A stretch of DNA of 64,000 nt from Roseburia sp. (GCA_041336395.1 JBGKWP010000007.1:165845-229844); one strand, 5' to 3'; shown: positions 8,902-19,648, counted from the first letter of the stretch. Notes: generated by a model from the sequence alone, not told the origin. A program made the numbers and translations.

Positions 8902-10344
8902 TTACGAAATATAGTTCAGAGGAATCCGAACATTGAAAATTGTCCCTTCCCCTTCCGTACTGAACGCCTTGATTGCCCCCCGGTGCATCAGAACCGCATT
9001 CCTTGTGATGGCAAGACCAAGACCTGTTCCGCCGATCTCCCTCGAATGGGACTTGTCCACACGGTAAAAACGCTCGTAAATATGTTCTAACGAATCCGCC
9101 GGAATACCGATACCGGAATCCTCCACCTTCAGATAGAAATACTGGTGGTCAGCATTCAGCGTCACATGTACCCAGCCGCCTTCACGGTTGTACTTGATCG
9201 CATTTTCAATGAGATTCGTAAACGCAAGTGTGATCTTCACCTCATCCACATCCGCCGTCACAGGACGGAAGCTTTCTAAGACGAGTTCCACATTTGATTT
9301 CTCGGCAATGGGATTTAATCGCTTTAAGATCTGCTCTAACAGTTCATTGATATTGAGCGTGGTAACATTCAGATCTGCCGCGGACTTATCCATCTTCACA
9401 AGGGATAACAGATCGTTGATGATCTTTGTCTCCCGGTCGATCTCATTTCCAATATCACCCATAAACTCTTTGTAAAGCTCGATCGGTGCATCCTCCATGC
9501 TATTTAAAGAATCTGCCAGTACTTTCATGGAAGTAAGCGGCGTCTTTAACTCATGTGAGACATTGGATACAAATTCCTGTCTCGAATCATCAAGCACCTT
9601 CATTCTTCCGAGCATCTCATTAAACTTCTTGCAGATCTGCTCCGTCTCTGTATAATCATGGATCGCTAACGCATCTTCCCCGTATCCGGTCTTAATCTCA
9701 TCAATTGATTTCGACATCTTCCGGAATGGCTTTACAAGATAAATTCCTAAAATCACCGCAAGAAATACAACTGCTGCGGTACAGATGGAATGCAGTATAC
9801 TCACATTTCTCGCCATATACTCCATATTCAGGTCAATGCTGTCCGTGGACACGCTGACAAGGATCACACCGATCGTCTTACTCTCACCGGTCTGTTCGTC
9901 AATGCTGTTGAGTGGCACCGTCAGCTCAATATAACGGTTCTCAGCATCGTATTTCTTAATCTCCTGCCCGTAATAGCTCTCGATCACCTCTTTGGAAATG
10001 ATCGTTTTGCCTGTGTCAAGATCATAGGTGTCCTTCATAATATGAAAGCTGTGGTCGATGACCATCACCCTGCCGTCATAGATATTCGACAGCTGCTCTA
10101 ACTCCGCATTGATCGTCATGGAGCTTGGATTATTCAGATAATCATTGGAAACAATCTGATTTGCCAGTATCTTCGCCTGGCTTAAGATTTCACTCGTCTT
10201 GATGGAAACTGCCCGGGTCTCATAGGTATTGAGTACCCCAACCCTGATAATGATCCCCGGTACGGTTCCGAATAAAATGAAGAAAAGTATGAGCCTAAAC
10301 TTCAGACTTTTCAGAAAATTACTGACTTTTTTCAATCTGGACAT
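8902..10344 (-). CDS. Sensor histidine kinase (WalK/PhoR-like; two TM segments, HAMP, HisKA, HATPase_c)
   Basis: FVSNVSHELKTPLTS H-box, NLIENAIKY, FYRVDKSHSREIGGTGLGLAI. Confidence 0.95.
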   Translation of the reverse strand: MSRLKKVSNFLKSLKFRLILFFILFGTVPGIIIRVGVLNTYETRAVSIKTSEILSQAKILANQIVSNDYLNNPSSMTINAELEQLSNIYDGRVMVIDHSFHIMKDTYDLDTGKTIISKEVIESYYGQEIKKYDAENRYIELTVPLNSIDEQTGESKTIGVILVSVSTDSIDLNMEYMARNVSILHSICTAAVVFLAVILGIYLVKPFRKMSKSIDEIKTGYGEDALAIHDYTETEQICKKFNEMLGRMKVLDDSRQEFVSNVSHELKTPLTSMKVLADSLNSMEDAPIELYKEFMGDIGNEIDRETKIINDLLSLVKMDKSAADLNVTTLNINELLEQILKRLNPIAEKSNVELVLESFRPVTADVDEVKITLAFTNLIENAIKYNREGGWVHVTLNADHQYFYLKVEDSGIGIPADSLEHIYERFYRVDKSHSREIGGTGLGLAITRNAVLMHRGAIKAFSTEGEGTIFNVRIPLNYIS

Positions 10345-10358
10345 GACTCACACCCTGC

Positions 10359-11051
10359 CTAATTCTGATAATAGTAGTAACCGACGCCCCACTTCGTATG
10401 CACATACTTTGGCTCACTCGGATTCTTCTCAATCTTCTCTCTGAGACGTCTGACATGGACGTCGACCGTTCTCACATCCCCCGGATACTCATACCCCCAC
10501 ACAAGATTGAGCAGATTCTCCCTGCTGTATACCTTGTTCGGGTGGTTGACAAGCAGTTCTAACAGATCGAATTCCTTCGCCGTCAGATTCACTTCCTTAT
10601 TCAGGATAAAAAGCCTGCGGCTCTCGCAGTCTAAACGCAGATCCCCTGCCTCAATCTCCTTCGAATTCTCTTTCTTCGGTTCCCGTGCTGCAGTTCTTCT
10701 CATAATCGCCTTGATTCTCGCCTTCACCTCAAGGATATTGAACGGCTTGGTGATATAATCATCTGCCCCGTACTCAAGTCCTAAGATCTTATCCATATCA
10801 TCGCCCTTTGCAGTCAGCATGACGATCGGCATATCCGAAAATTCACGGATCTGCTGACACACTTCAAAGCCATCCATCTTCGGAAGCATCACATCTAGCA
10901 GAATCATATCATACTGATTCTCTGTCGCCATCTTCAGTGCCTCTTCGCCATCATAGGCGCAGTCCACTTCCATTCCATCCTGCTCTAAGCTGAAACGGAT
11001 TCCTTTCACGATCAGTTTTTCATCATCCACAACAAGAACCTTTTTTGCCAT
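10359..11051 (-). CDS. OmpR/PhoB-family response regulator, WalR/YycF-like
   Basis: VLVVDDE, LLDVMLP, GADDYITKPF, VWGYEYPGDVRTVDVHVRRLREKIE; ATG 11051 after GAAGGTG. Confidence 0.95.
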   Translation of the reverse strand: MAKKVLVVDDEKLIVKGIRFSLEQDGMEVDCAYDGEEALKMATENQYDMILLDVMLPKMDGFEVCQQIREFSDMPIVMLTAKGDDMDKILGLEYGADDYITKPFNILEVKARIKAIMRRTAAREPKKENSKEIEAGDLRLDCESRRLFILNKEVNLTAKEFDLLELLVNHPNKVYSRENLLNLVWGYEYPGDVRTVDVHVRRLREKIEKNPSEPKYVHTKWGVGYYYYQN

Positions 11052-11061
11052 CTCTACACCT

Positions 11062-11670
11062 TCAGTCAACCTTTATTCTATCTTTTATTTTATTGAAAAC
11101 GCCCTCTTTGATCCCCTCTACCTTCATGAGATCTTCCGCCTGGGAAAAAGGACCGTGTTCCTCCCGGTATCCCACAATCGCTTCTGCCTTCGACTGTCCG
11201 ATCCCGGGGAGCTCCATAAGAGCCGCCACATCCGCACGGTTTAAGTCTAGCTTTCCGTCCGCGGCACTGTCAGCCTCCGCTCCCTGTCTTCCCACGGCTT
11301 CCTGCTCCTCCTCGGTTGGAATCCGGATCATCTGTCCGTCTGTCACGGATTCTGCCAGATTAAGTGCGTCCTCTGCCGCCTCTTCCATGAATCCGCCTGC
11401 AAGTTCCACCGCCTCATAAATCCGGCTTCCGTCATCGAGTTCATAGACGCCTGGCGAGACAACTGCACCACAGACATACACCAGACAAGTCTTCTCTTCC
11501 TTCGCCCCGTCTGGCTCTTCCGTTTCTGTGGCAGACAGTGCCTCCGTCACGCAGAGTTCTCCCGTCTCACCCGTATTCTTCTCCAAATACACATTATTCC
11601 TGGCACCGCAGCCGCATAGCAGACTCATCGCAGCCGCGATCACCAGGAATACTCTGAACGTTTGATTCAT
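11062..11670 (-). CDS. comEA: Competence DNA-binding protein ComEA (SLBB plus helix-hairpin-helix)
   Basis: [42 protein letters not shown]; lipobox-like LLCG-C. Confidence 0.92.
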   Translation of the reverse strand: MNQTFRVFLVIAAAMSLLCGCGARNNVYLEKNTGETGELCVTEALSATETEEPDGAKEEKTCLVYVCGAVVSPGVYELDDGSRIYEAVELAGGFMEEAAEDALNLAESVTDGQMIRIPTEEEQEAVGRQGAEADSAADGKLDLNRADVAALMELPGIGQSKAEAIVGYREEHGPFSQAEDLMKVEGIKEGVFNKIKDRIKVD

Positions 11671-11745
11671 AGCATTCTCCTTCCTGTCTTCACGATGTCC
11701 GCACCCTGAAAACAGATGAAAGAGCTCTCAATGCCTGATATTCTT

Positions 11746-11784
11746 ATTTTAACGAAATTTTACAATTATGACAAGACCATTACA
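11746..11784 (-). promoter_or_regulatory. Promoter of the comEA operon with a WalR-like direct repeat
   Basis: -35 TTGTCA (11774-11769), 17 bp spacer, -10 TAAAAT (11751-11746); TGTAAT-N5-TGTCAT overlaps the -35. Confidence 0.55.
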
Positions 11785-11802
11785 TCTTTTCTGTCAAAAT
11801 TT

Positions 11803-12996
11803 TTAAAAATATTGTGAGATTGTTTCCTTCAAAGTCACCCAGAATTCCTTCGCATCCTGTGAATCTGGAACTAAAATAGAATTCTCGTACGCCTCGTAAA
11901 GCATACACTCGGTTGCATCCGCATTTTCCCCAAGCTTCACGGAATAATGTCCGCCGAGTGCATGCAGTTCTTCTGACATCGTCAGTGTCAGGTACTCTGC
12001 AAAATCTGCCGCTTCTGTTTTTTTCTCAGAGAAATCATTCACAAGAACAAGCTCCGTCTGGGCTGCCGAATAGACCGCTAATGTCTCGTTGAGCGGAAGC
12101 ATTCCTATGATCGTGCAATCCACACCCTTTAACTGTGCCACTGTATCGGAATCTAAAATCGCGCATAACGTTGTCCCGTCTCTGAAATCCTGTAAAACAC
12201 GTTCCTCGCTCACACGCTGTGCATCCATCGAGAAGGATTCCAGAATCTGTGCAAAATATTCCAGATCTGCGTTGTACATCTCCTCGTCATAGGAAATTGC
12301 CATATTGGCCACTTCCTTCTTCTCAAAGGAAACACTGTTAGAGACAAACGGGAAATCATAAAATGGGTCGTTGACATCCCACTCCAGCAGATACTGCACA
12401 TTTTCAGGAGGATCATTGTCAATGGCATAATCAATTATAGACTGAACCGACTCTGGCTGATTCTCAAAGTATCCATTCCGGTACGCAAAAATGCAGGTAT
12501 TGTAGCTGAGTGGATACCCGTACATCTTCTCCCGGTATATGGATGCCTCTACCGCCTTTGCAGCCACACAGTCTGCATAAATATCCCGCGCCGTGTTCTC
12601 CGCTGCCAGCCCATAGAGGTAAGCCTCCTCTAACTCGTCACTGCCAAGCAGATAGGCATCCGGCTGTTCCTGCTCTTTCATGGTCGCCTGATAGACATCA
12701 TTGAGGTAATCAAAGCTGTACCGGTATCTCACGGAAACTACCTTTCCGGTGTCCTCATAGTATTCCTTCGCCGCGCGCTCAAAAAACTTCTCATAGCTTG
12801 CATCCCCGTACCAGAAAATCAGATCCGGCTTCCGGTTCCCTGCGAAATCCGCAGATGCCGTCTCGGTATCCGTCTCCGGTGTTTTCCGTTCGTCTGCACG
12901 GTTTTCTGTCTGTGTATTTGCTGCCTTAATCACTGCTACGGCAAGCAAGGCTGCAACACATCCTGCTGCAGCCGCTCTCTTTTGCATATCATTCAT
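11803..12996 (-). CDS. Extracellular solute-binding protein (sugar-type, family 1-like)
   Basis: N-terminal hydrophobic anchor; KMYGYPLSYNTCIFAYRN and AADFAEYLT segments typical of MalE-like proteins; overlaps the argD stop. Confidence 0.7.
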   Translation of the reverse strand: MNDMQKRAAAAGCVAALLAVAVIKAANTQTENRADERKTPETDTETASADFAGNRKPDLIFWYGDASYEKFFERAAKEYYEDTGKVVSVRYRYSFDYLNDVYQATMKEQEQPDAYLLGSDELEEAYLYGLAAENTARDIYADCVAAKAVEASIYREKMYGYPLSYNTCIFAYRNGYFENQPESVQSIIDYAIDNDPPENVQYLLEWDVNDPFYDFPFVSNSVSFEKKEVANMAISYDEEMYNADLEYFAQILESFSMDAQRVSEERVLQDFRDGTTLCAILDSDTVAQLKGVDCTIIGMLPLNETLAVYSAAQTELVLVNDFSEKKTEAADFAEYLTLTMSEELHALGGHYSVKLGENADATECMLYEAYENSILVPDSQDAKEFWVTLKETISQYF

Positions 12997-14182
12997 TGTC
13001 CAAAACTCTTTCCAACCTGGATATCATTTCATCCACATGTTTCTTTTCAATAATCAGTGGAGGTACAAAGCGGATCACATCGCTTCCTGCTGTTATCACG
13101 ATCAACCCTTCCTCTAGCGCCTTCGCTGCGATCTGACCGACTGGCTTTGTGCTGACCAGCCCCTGCATCAGTCCCATTCCCCTGCGCGCTGTCAGGAAAT
13201 CGTATTTTTCTACCAGTTCCTCTAGCTTCTCCTCCAGATAAGGAGCCACCTGCTTCACATGGTCAGTGATATGGTCGCGTTCCATCATCTCAAGCACTTT
13301 ATCCACCGCTGCCCCGACAAATGGATTACCTCCATAAGTCGTGCCATGGTCTCCCGGCGCTAATGAACGGTCAGCCACGCGTTGTGTCATCAAAAAAGCC
13401 CCTACAGGCACACCGCATCCCAATGCTTTTGCGCTCGTCATAATATCCGGTTTCACACCATAATGCTGCCATGCAAACATCTCGCCGGTACGTCCCATTC
13501 CGCACTGGATCTCGTCGAGGATCAGAAGAATGTCATGTTCTTCACAGAGTGCCTTCACTCCCTGCATAAATTCCTCTGTTGCAGGATAGATTCCGCCCTC
13601 CCCCTGTACTGTCTCAAAAATAATAGCACATGTGCGCTCATTTATCAAAGCTTTTACGCTGTCAAGATCATTAAAATCTGCAAATTTTACGCCTGGCAGA
13701 AGCGGGGCAAATGGTTCCTGATAGTGGGCATTTCCCGTCACAGACAAAGCTCCGATACTTCTTCCGTGGAAAGAATGATTCATCGCAATGATCTCATGCC
13801 CTGCGTGCCCATCTCTTGTGTAGGCATATTTCTTGGCAGCCTTGATCGCACCCTCGATTGCCTCCGTACCGCTGTTTGTGAAAAAGACACGGTCCATGCC
13901 GCTTGCCTTCAGCACTCTTTTTGCTGCATTCATAATCGGCACGCTGTAGTAAAGGTTCGAAATATGCATTACTTTATCGATCTGTGCTTTTAATGCATCG
14001 TTATATTCCTTATTATTGTATCCGAATGCCTGCACCGCAATCCCGGCTGCAAAATCCAGATACTCCTTTCCGTCTGTGTCGTACAGATAGACACCGTCCC
14101 CATGGTCGATTACAAGAGGGAAACGATTATAAGTATGTACCAGCACTTTTTCGGTTTCTTCCATGTATTCCTGTTTATTCAT
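12989..14182 (-). CDS. argD: Acetylornithine aminotransferase
   Basis: [47 protein letters not shown] 14182 overlaps the end of argB. Confidence 0.95.
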   Translation of the reverse strand: MNKQEYMEETEKVLVHTYNRFPLVIDHGDGVYLYDTDGKEYLDFAAGIAVQAFGYNNKEYNDALKAQIDKVMHISNLYYSVPIMNAAKRVLKASGMDRVFFTNSGTEAIEGAIKAAKKYAYTRDGHAGHEIIAMNHSFHGRSIGALSVTGNAHYQEPFAPLLPGVKFADFNDLDSVKALINERTCAIIFETVQGEGGIYPATEEFMQGVKALCEEHDILLILDEIQCGMGRTGEMFAWQHYGVKPDIMTSAKALGCGVPVGAFLMTQRVADRSLAPGDHGTTYGGNPFVGAAVDKVLEMMERDHITDHVKQVAPYLEEKLEELVEKYDFLTARRGMGLMQGLVSTKPVGQIAAKALEEGLIVITAGSDVIRFVPPLIIEKKHVDEMISRLERVLDNE

Positions 14183-15074
14183 TGTAAAACTTCGTCTCCT
14201 TATCTCCCAGAATTGCGGTTCCGATTCCCTTATTGGTAAAGATCTCCAAAAGCAGGCAGTGCGCAATACGTCCGTCTAAAATATGGACTCTCGAAACACC
14301 GTTCTCAATCGCATCAATACAGTTGTTTAACTTTGGAAGCATTCCTCCGCCGATATAGCCATCCGTGATCAGGTTCTTCGCATCTTCCACTGTAAGCTCT
14401 GAAATCAGGGTAGAAGGATCTTTCGGATCTTTGTATACACCTTCGATATCGGTTAAGAACGCCAGTTTTTCTGCATGCATTGCCCTTGCGATCGCACATG
14501 CCGCATCATCTGCATTGATATTGTAGCTGTCATAGTTGTCATCCATTCCGATCGGACATATGATCGGCAGGAAATCTTTCTCGAGAAGGTCATATAAGAT
14601 TTTAGGATTCACTTCTGTGATCTCACCCACATAGCCGATATCCTGGCCATTGGAATACTTCTTCTCCACCTTTAAAAGTCCACCGTCTTTTCCACTGATG
14701 CCAACTGCATTTACACCGAGCTCCTGCACCAGTTTTACAAGGGATTTATTCACTTTATTTAATACCATCTCAGCGATCTCCATGGTCGCCTCATCTGTCT
14801 TTCTGAGACCGTTGACAAATTCCGGCTCCATACCGACTTTTCCAACCCATTTGCTGATCTCCTTGCCGCCGCCGTGTACGATGATCGGTTTGAATCCAAC
14901 CAGCTTTAACAGTGTGACGTCCTGAATGACGTGCTGCTTTAATTCTTCATCTACCATGGCGCTTCCGCCGTATTTGACAACAATAATCTTGCGGTTAAAA
15001 CGCTGGATGTATGGGAGGGCTTCGATCAGGACCTCAGCCTTCTTCAAAAGTTCGTTCATGTTTTTTTCTTCCAT
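14175..15074 (-). CDS. argB: Acetylglutamate kinase
   Basis: [25 protein letters not shown]. Confidence 0.97.
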   Translation of the reverse strand: MEEKNMNELLKKAEVLIEALPYIQRFNRKIIVVKYGGSAMVDEELKQHVIQDVTLLKLVGFKPIIVHGGGKEISKWVGKVGMEPEFVNGLRKTDEATMEIAEMVLNKVNKSLVKLVQELGVNAVGISGKDGGLLKVEKKYSNGQDIGYVGEITEVNPKILYDLLEKDFLPIICPIGMDDNYDSYNINADDAACAIARAMHAEKLAFLTDIEGVYKDPKDPSTLISELTVEDAKNLITDGYIGGGMLPKLNNCIDAIENGVSRVHILDGRIAHCLLLEIFTNKGIGTAILGDKETKFYNE

Positions 15075-15110
15075 AGTTTTTCTCTCTTTCCTTCTGTTTT
15101 GTCATCAAAA

Positions 15111-16334
15111 TCAGGAACGGTAATCGGCGTTGATCTTGACATAGTCGTAGGTCAGGTCACAGCCCCATGCGGTGGCGGTGGCAGTTCCCATTTTCACATC
15201 GGCAATAGCAGTTACAGCCGGTTCGGAAAGGATCTTCGTTGCTTCTTCCTCGCTGTAGTCGATGGCAACACCGTCTTTGATGATCTGCATGCGTCCTGCG
15301 GCGCTCTCAAAGAACAGATCTACTTTTTCCGGGTCAAACTGGGCACCGGAATAACCCATGGCACAGAGAATTCTGCCCCAGTTGGCATCGTGCCCGTAGA
15401 TCGCTGCCTTGGTCAGGCTTGAGGTGATGACAGATTTGCTTAACACTTTTGCCTGTTCCTTGCTCTTAGCACCGACGATTTTCACCTCAAATAACGCAGT
15501 GGCACCTTCTCCGTCCCCCGCCATTTTCTTTGCCAGTGTCTCGTTTACAAAGTTTAACGCCTTACAGAAGGTCGCGTAATCTTCATTTTTTTCTGTGATC
15601 TCCGGATTTTGTGCCAGTCCGTTTGCCAAAAGCAGGCACGTATCATTGGTGGAGGTATCTCCATCTACGGAAATCATATTATAAGTATCCTGCACATCCG
15701 CGCTTAACGCTTCCTGCAGCAATTCTTTGGAAATGGCTGCGTCTGTTGTCACAAAGCTTAACATCGTGCACATGTTCGGATGGATCATGCCGGAACCTTT
15801 GCACATACCGCCGATCGTCACTGTCTTTCCACCGAGTTCGATCGTCACTGCTACTTCCTTATTCTTCGTATCAGTTGTCATGATCGCTTTGGAAGCTTCT
15901 GTTCCGCTCTCGATATCTCCCTTTAACTCCGGCACCATCGCGTCAATTCCATTGCAGATACGGTCGATCGGAAGCTGCATTCCGATCACACCGGTGGATG
16001 CCACTAATACTTCGTCCGCTGCGATGCCAAGCACTTTTTCCACTTTCTCTGCGGTCTGTCTGCAATAACCCATGCCCTCTTCTCCGGTGCAGGCATTTGC
16101 AATCCCTGCATTAATGACAACTGCCTGTGCAGCCTTGCTGTTGTATACAACACTGTGATCCCACTTTACCGGGGCAGCCTTTACGATATTGGTCGTAAAC
16201 GTCCCTGCCGCCCTGCATGGCACCTCGCTATAAATCATCGCCATATCTTTTCTGTCTTTATACTTGATTCCAGCTGCCGTACTTGCTGCCTGAAATCCCT
16301 TTGCTGCGGTCACACCGCCTGTTATCTGCTCCAT
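15111..16334 (-). CDS. argJ: Ornithine acetyltransferase ArgJ
   Basis: KGSGMIHPNMC-TML autocleavage site, DGDTSTND, DGEGAT, YVKINADYRS. Confidence 0.97.
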   Translation of the reverse strand: MEQITGGVTAAKGFQAASTAAGIKYKDRKDMAMIYSEVPCRAAGTFTTNIVKAAPVKWDHSVVYNSKAAQAVVINAGIANACTGEEGMGYCRQTAEKVEKVLGIAADEVLVASTGVIGMQLPIDRICNGIDAMVPELKGDIESGTEASKAIMTTDTKNKEVAVTIELGGKTVTIGGMCKGSGMIHPNMCTMLSFVTTDAAISKELLQEALSADVQDTYNMISVDGDTSTNDTCLLLANGLAQNPEITEKNEDYATFCKALNFVNETLAKKMAGDGEGATALFEVKIVGAKSKEQAKVLSKSVITSSLTKAAIYGHDANWGRILCAMGYSGAQFDPEKVDLFFESAAGRMQIIKDGVAIDYSEEEATKILSEPAVTAIADVKMGTATATAWGCDLTYDYVKINADYRS

Positions 16335-16371
16335 AGGGCTTTTCCTCCTTGTCGTCCGATGAAAATATGCA

Positions 16372-16842
16372 TTACGGATTAAATACCGTCACATTTTCCT
16401 CATTTAGCACACATTCATAATAATTTACATTGTCACAATATTTCCATCCAAGATTCTGCCAGAAACGGTTTCCGACCTCATTCTTTTTGAATGCGATCAA
16501 GTTCACCTTGGAAATCTTCTCTTTTTTCAGTGCTTCCAGGCACCGTTCCACAAGCTTCTGTCCGATTCCATGCTTTCGGTATGCCTCCCTCACACAGACG
16601 TGGTAAAGTCCGGCGCGCCTGCCATCATGTCCGCAGAGAATGGCGCCTACAATCCTTCCATCCATCTCCGCCACCATGCTGGTGGTTGGATTTCTCCGGA
16701 TAAAACGCTCCACCCCTTCCTTTGAATCATCAATGCTCCGGATGCCAAATCCGGATATTTCCATCCAGAGGCTATGTACCTGCTCAAAGTCATCCATTGT
16801 CATGGGACGTATCTTTACTTCTTCGTTGTTCACGTTTTTCAT
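16372..16842 (-). CDS. GNAT family N-acetyltransferase
   Basis: CGHDGRRAGLYHVCV...YRKHGIG acetyl-CoA motif, N...FW..LGW. The start may instead be GTG 16833. Confidence 0.9.
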   Translation of the reverse strand: MKNVNNEEVKIRPMTMDDFEQVHSLWMEISGFGIRSIDDSKEGVERFIRRNPTTSMVAEMDGRIVGAILCGHDGRRAGLYHVCVREAYRKHGIGQKLVERCLEALKKEKISKVNLIAFKKNEVGNRFWQNLGWKYCDNVNYYECVLNEENVTVFNP

Positions 16843-16893
16843 CTCCTAACGTTTTCCCGTAACTTTTCTTCTCCGGTCCGTATCTGTCCACCC

Positions 16894-17949
16894 CTACGGG
16901 AACATTGGAACCAGATTTAAGCCTTCTGCCTCGTCGAATCCGAACAGTAAGTTCATATTCTGGATTGCCTGGCCAGCTGCACCTTTTACCAAATTGTCTA
17001 ATGCACCCATCATGACAATGCGTCCGGTTCTCTCATCGATCTTAAAGTTCACATCCACGTAGTTGCTGCCTTCCACCCATTTTGTTTCCGGGCATACATC
17101 TTTTTCCAGCACGCGGACAAACTTTTCCTTCTTATAATATTTATCATAAACTGCTTTCACTTCCTCATAGGTTGGAAGCGTGCCATCTGCCTTCTTATTC
17201 AGTGTGGCATATTCTGTTGCGAGAATACCACGGTTCATCGGAACAAGATGCGGGGTAAAATTCACTACGATCTCTTTTCCGGCTGCATAACCGAGCTGTT
17301 CCTCAATCTCCGGTGTATGTCTGTGGTTTGTCACCCCATATGCCTTCATATTCTCATTCACTTCACAGAACAGATTTGGAAGCTTCGCCCCTCTTCCTGC
17401 CCCGGAGGTTCCGGATTTTGCATCAATGATTAATGTATCCGGATCGATCATTCCCTCCTTTACAAGTGGATAGGCTGTTAAAATGGAACAGGTTGTATAA
17501 CATCCCGGATTGGCAACCAGTCTTGCGCCTTTTACCCTATCACGGTTGATCTCGCACAGCCCATAAACTGCTTCCTCAATAAACTGTGGGCTCTTATGCT
17601 CAATCTTGTACCATTTTTCATAAGTCTTCACATCCTTGATACGGAAATCCGCGCTCAGGTCAATAATCTTCACCTTCGAGAGAATCTCCTCCGTCAGGAC
17701 ACCCGCCAGAAATCCCTGTGGGGTCGCAGTGAAAATCACATCCACCTGGGAAGCAAGCTCTTCCATATTATCATCGAGGCAGGTATCCTCCACGATCTCA
17801 AACATATTCTGGTATACCTCGGCATACTTCTTATCTATATAGCTCCTAGAGCCATACCATTTTATTTCCACATCTTTATGTCCCATCAAAAGACGCACCA
17901 GTTCATTTCCTGCATAGCCTGTTGCTCCGATAATTCCAACTTTCACCAT
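16894..17949 (-). CDS. argC: N-acetyl-gamma-glutamyl-phosphate reductase
   Basis: GATGYAG, DLSADFR, ANPGCYTT, SGTSGAGR, DNLVKGAAGQA. Confidence 0.98.
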   Translation of the reverse strand: MVKVGIIGATGYAGNELVRLLMGHKDVEIKWYGSRSYIDKKYAEVYQNMFEIVEDTCLDDNMEELASQVDVIFTATPQGFLAGVLTEEILSKVKIIDLSADFRIKDVKTYEKWYKIEHKSPQFIEEAVYGLCEINRDRVKGARLVANPGCYTTCSILTAYPLVKEGMIDPDTLIIDAKSGTSGAGRGAKLPNLFCEVNENMKAYGVTNHRHTPEIEEQLGYAAGKEIVVNFTPHLVPMNRGILATEYATLNKKADGTLPTYEEVKAVYDKYYKKEKFVRVLEKDVCPETKWVEGSNYVDVNFKIDERTGRIVMMGALDNLVKGAAGQAIQNMNLLFGFDEAEGLNLVPMFP

Positions 17950-18111
17950 ATTCTTGATACTCCTATCTCCCCTTTATCCGGAGGTTCTCTTTTTCACTCT
18001 GCTCTTTTTTCACCGCCAGGTGTATATGCGGGCAGCTGTCCAATTCGTTCTTATCATAGTATAACTCTTTAGGATAGTAAAGTACTTTTTGTTTCCCTGT
18101 TTCCATTATTT

Positions 18112-18149
18112 CTTGCATAATTATACATTCCGTTTTTATTTTATGCAAC
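18112..18149 (-). promoter_or_regulatory. argC promoter overlapped by tandem ARG boxes (ArgR operators)
   Basis: -35 TTGCAT (18148-18143), 17 bp spacer, TG-TATAAT (18125-18120). TTGCATAATTATACAT and TTTTTATTTTATGCAA resemble the ArgR palindrome TGMATwwwwATKCA. Confidence 0.75.
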
Positions 18150-18397
18150 ACATTTTTTATTTTTTCTGCGTTTTTCTTTTAATATATTCCTTATATTATA
18201 AATTCAGCCTCTTTTTGCCTGTATAAATATCTGTATGTTTTGTATATTTGTCTGTATTTTTATTATTATATTATGTATATTTTTTCACTTGCATTTCTTT
18301 CCCATATAGTATATATTATTTTTTTAGAAGGAGCTTTCCCTTATAAAAACGGAACCTGCTCCACACAAAGAGTGATAAACAGAAAGGATTGAATCCC

Positions 18398-19630
18398 ATG
18401 AAAGAAAAAGTTATTTTAGCGTACTCCGGTGGTCTTGATACCACAGCCATTATCCCATGGTTAAAAGAAACATATGGTTATGAAGTTATCTGCTGCTGCG
18501 TTGACTGCGGACAGGAAGAGGAATTAAACGGGCTTGATGAGAGAGCCAAATTATGCGGTGCTTCCAAGTTATATATCGAAGATATCGTAGATGAGTTCTG
18601 CGACGATTATATCGTTCCGTGTGTACAGGCAAATGCCGTATATGAGAACAAATACTTACTCGGAACCTCCATGGCTCGTCCGGGCATCGCAAAAAAATTA
18701 GTTGAGATTGCCAGAAAAGAAGGCGCTACCGCTATCTGCCACGGTGCTACCGGAAAAGGAAATGACCAGATCCGTTTTGAGTTAAGTATCAAAGCACTTG
18801 CCCCGGATCTTAAGATCATCGCTCCATGGCGTGACAGCAACTGGAAGTTACAGTCCCGTCAGGATGAGATCGACTATTGCAAGGCTCACGGTATCCACCT
18901 TCCATTCTCTGTAGATTCCAGCTATAGCCGTGACCGTAACTTATGGCATATCAGCCATGAAGGCCTTGAGCTTGAAGATCCTTCCTTAGAGCCAAACTAT
19001 GAACACCTTCTCGTGCTGACCACACCTCCTGAGAAAGCTCCGGACGAAGGCGAATATGTAACCATGACGTTCGAAAAAGGTGTTCCGACTTCCGTAAACG
19101 GAAAAAAGATGAAAGTTTCCGATATTATCCGTGAGTTAAACACACTCGGCGGCAAGCACGGCATCGGTATCATCGATATCGTAGAGAACCGTGTTGTCGG
19201 CATGAAATCCCGTGGTGTGTACGAGACTCCTGGCGGAACAATCCTCTTAGAGGCACACGAGCAGTTAGAGGAACTTGTCCTTGACCGCGCCACAATGGAG
19301 GTTAAGAAGGATATGGGAAATAAGCTCGCCCAGATCGTTTACGAAGGAAAATGGTTCACACCTCTCCGCGAGGCAGTACAGGCTTTCGTAGAATCCACAC
19401 AGGAATATGTAACCGGCGAAGTGAAGTTCAAACTTTACAAGGGAAATATTATCAAAGCCGGAACCACTTCCCCATACTCTCTCTACAGTGAATCGCTCGC
19501 AAGCTTCACAACTGGAGATCTGTATGACCACCACGACGCAGACGGATTCATCACACTGTTCGGTCTTCCACTGAAAGTCCGCGCAATGAAGATGTTAGAA
19601 CTGCAGAAAGAAAACAATAAGAACAACTAA
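18398..19630 (+). CDS. argG: Argininosuccinate synthase
   Basis: LAYSGGLDT, HGATGKGNDQIRF, GMKSRGVYETPG. Confidence 0.98.
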   Translation: MKEKVILAYSGGLDTTAIIPWLKETYGYEVICCCVDCGQEEELNGLDERAKLCGASKLYIEDIVDEFCDDYIVPCVQANAVYENKYLLGTSMARPGIAKKLVEIARKEGATAICHGATGKGNDQIRFELSIKALAPDLKIIAPWRDSNWKLQSRQDEIDYCKAHGIHLPFSVDSSYSRDRNLWHISHEGLELEDPSLEPNYEHLLVLTTPPEKAPDEGEYVTMTFEKGVPTSVNGKKMKVSDIIRELNTLGGKHGIGIIDIVENRVVGMKSRGVYETPGGTILLEAHEQLEELVLDRATMEVKKDMGNKLAQIVYEGKWFTPLREAVQAFVESTQEYVTGEVKFKLYKGNIIKAGTTSPYSLYSESLASFTTGDLYDHHDADGFITLFGLPLKVRAMKMLELQKENNKNN

Positions 19631-19648
19631 GTTTGCTCTTTCACACGT

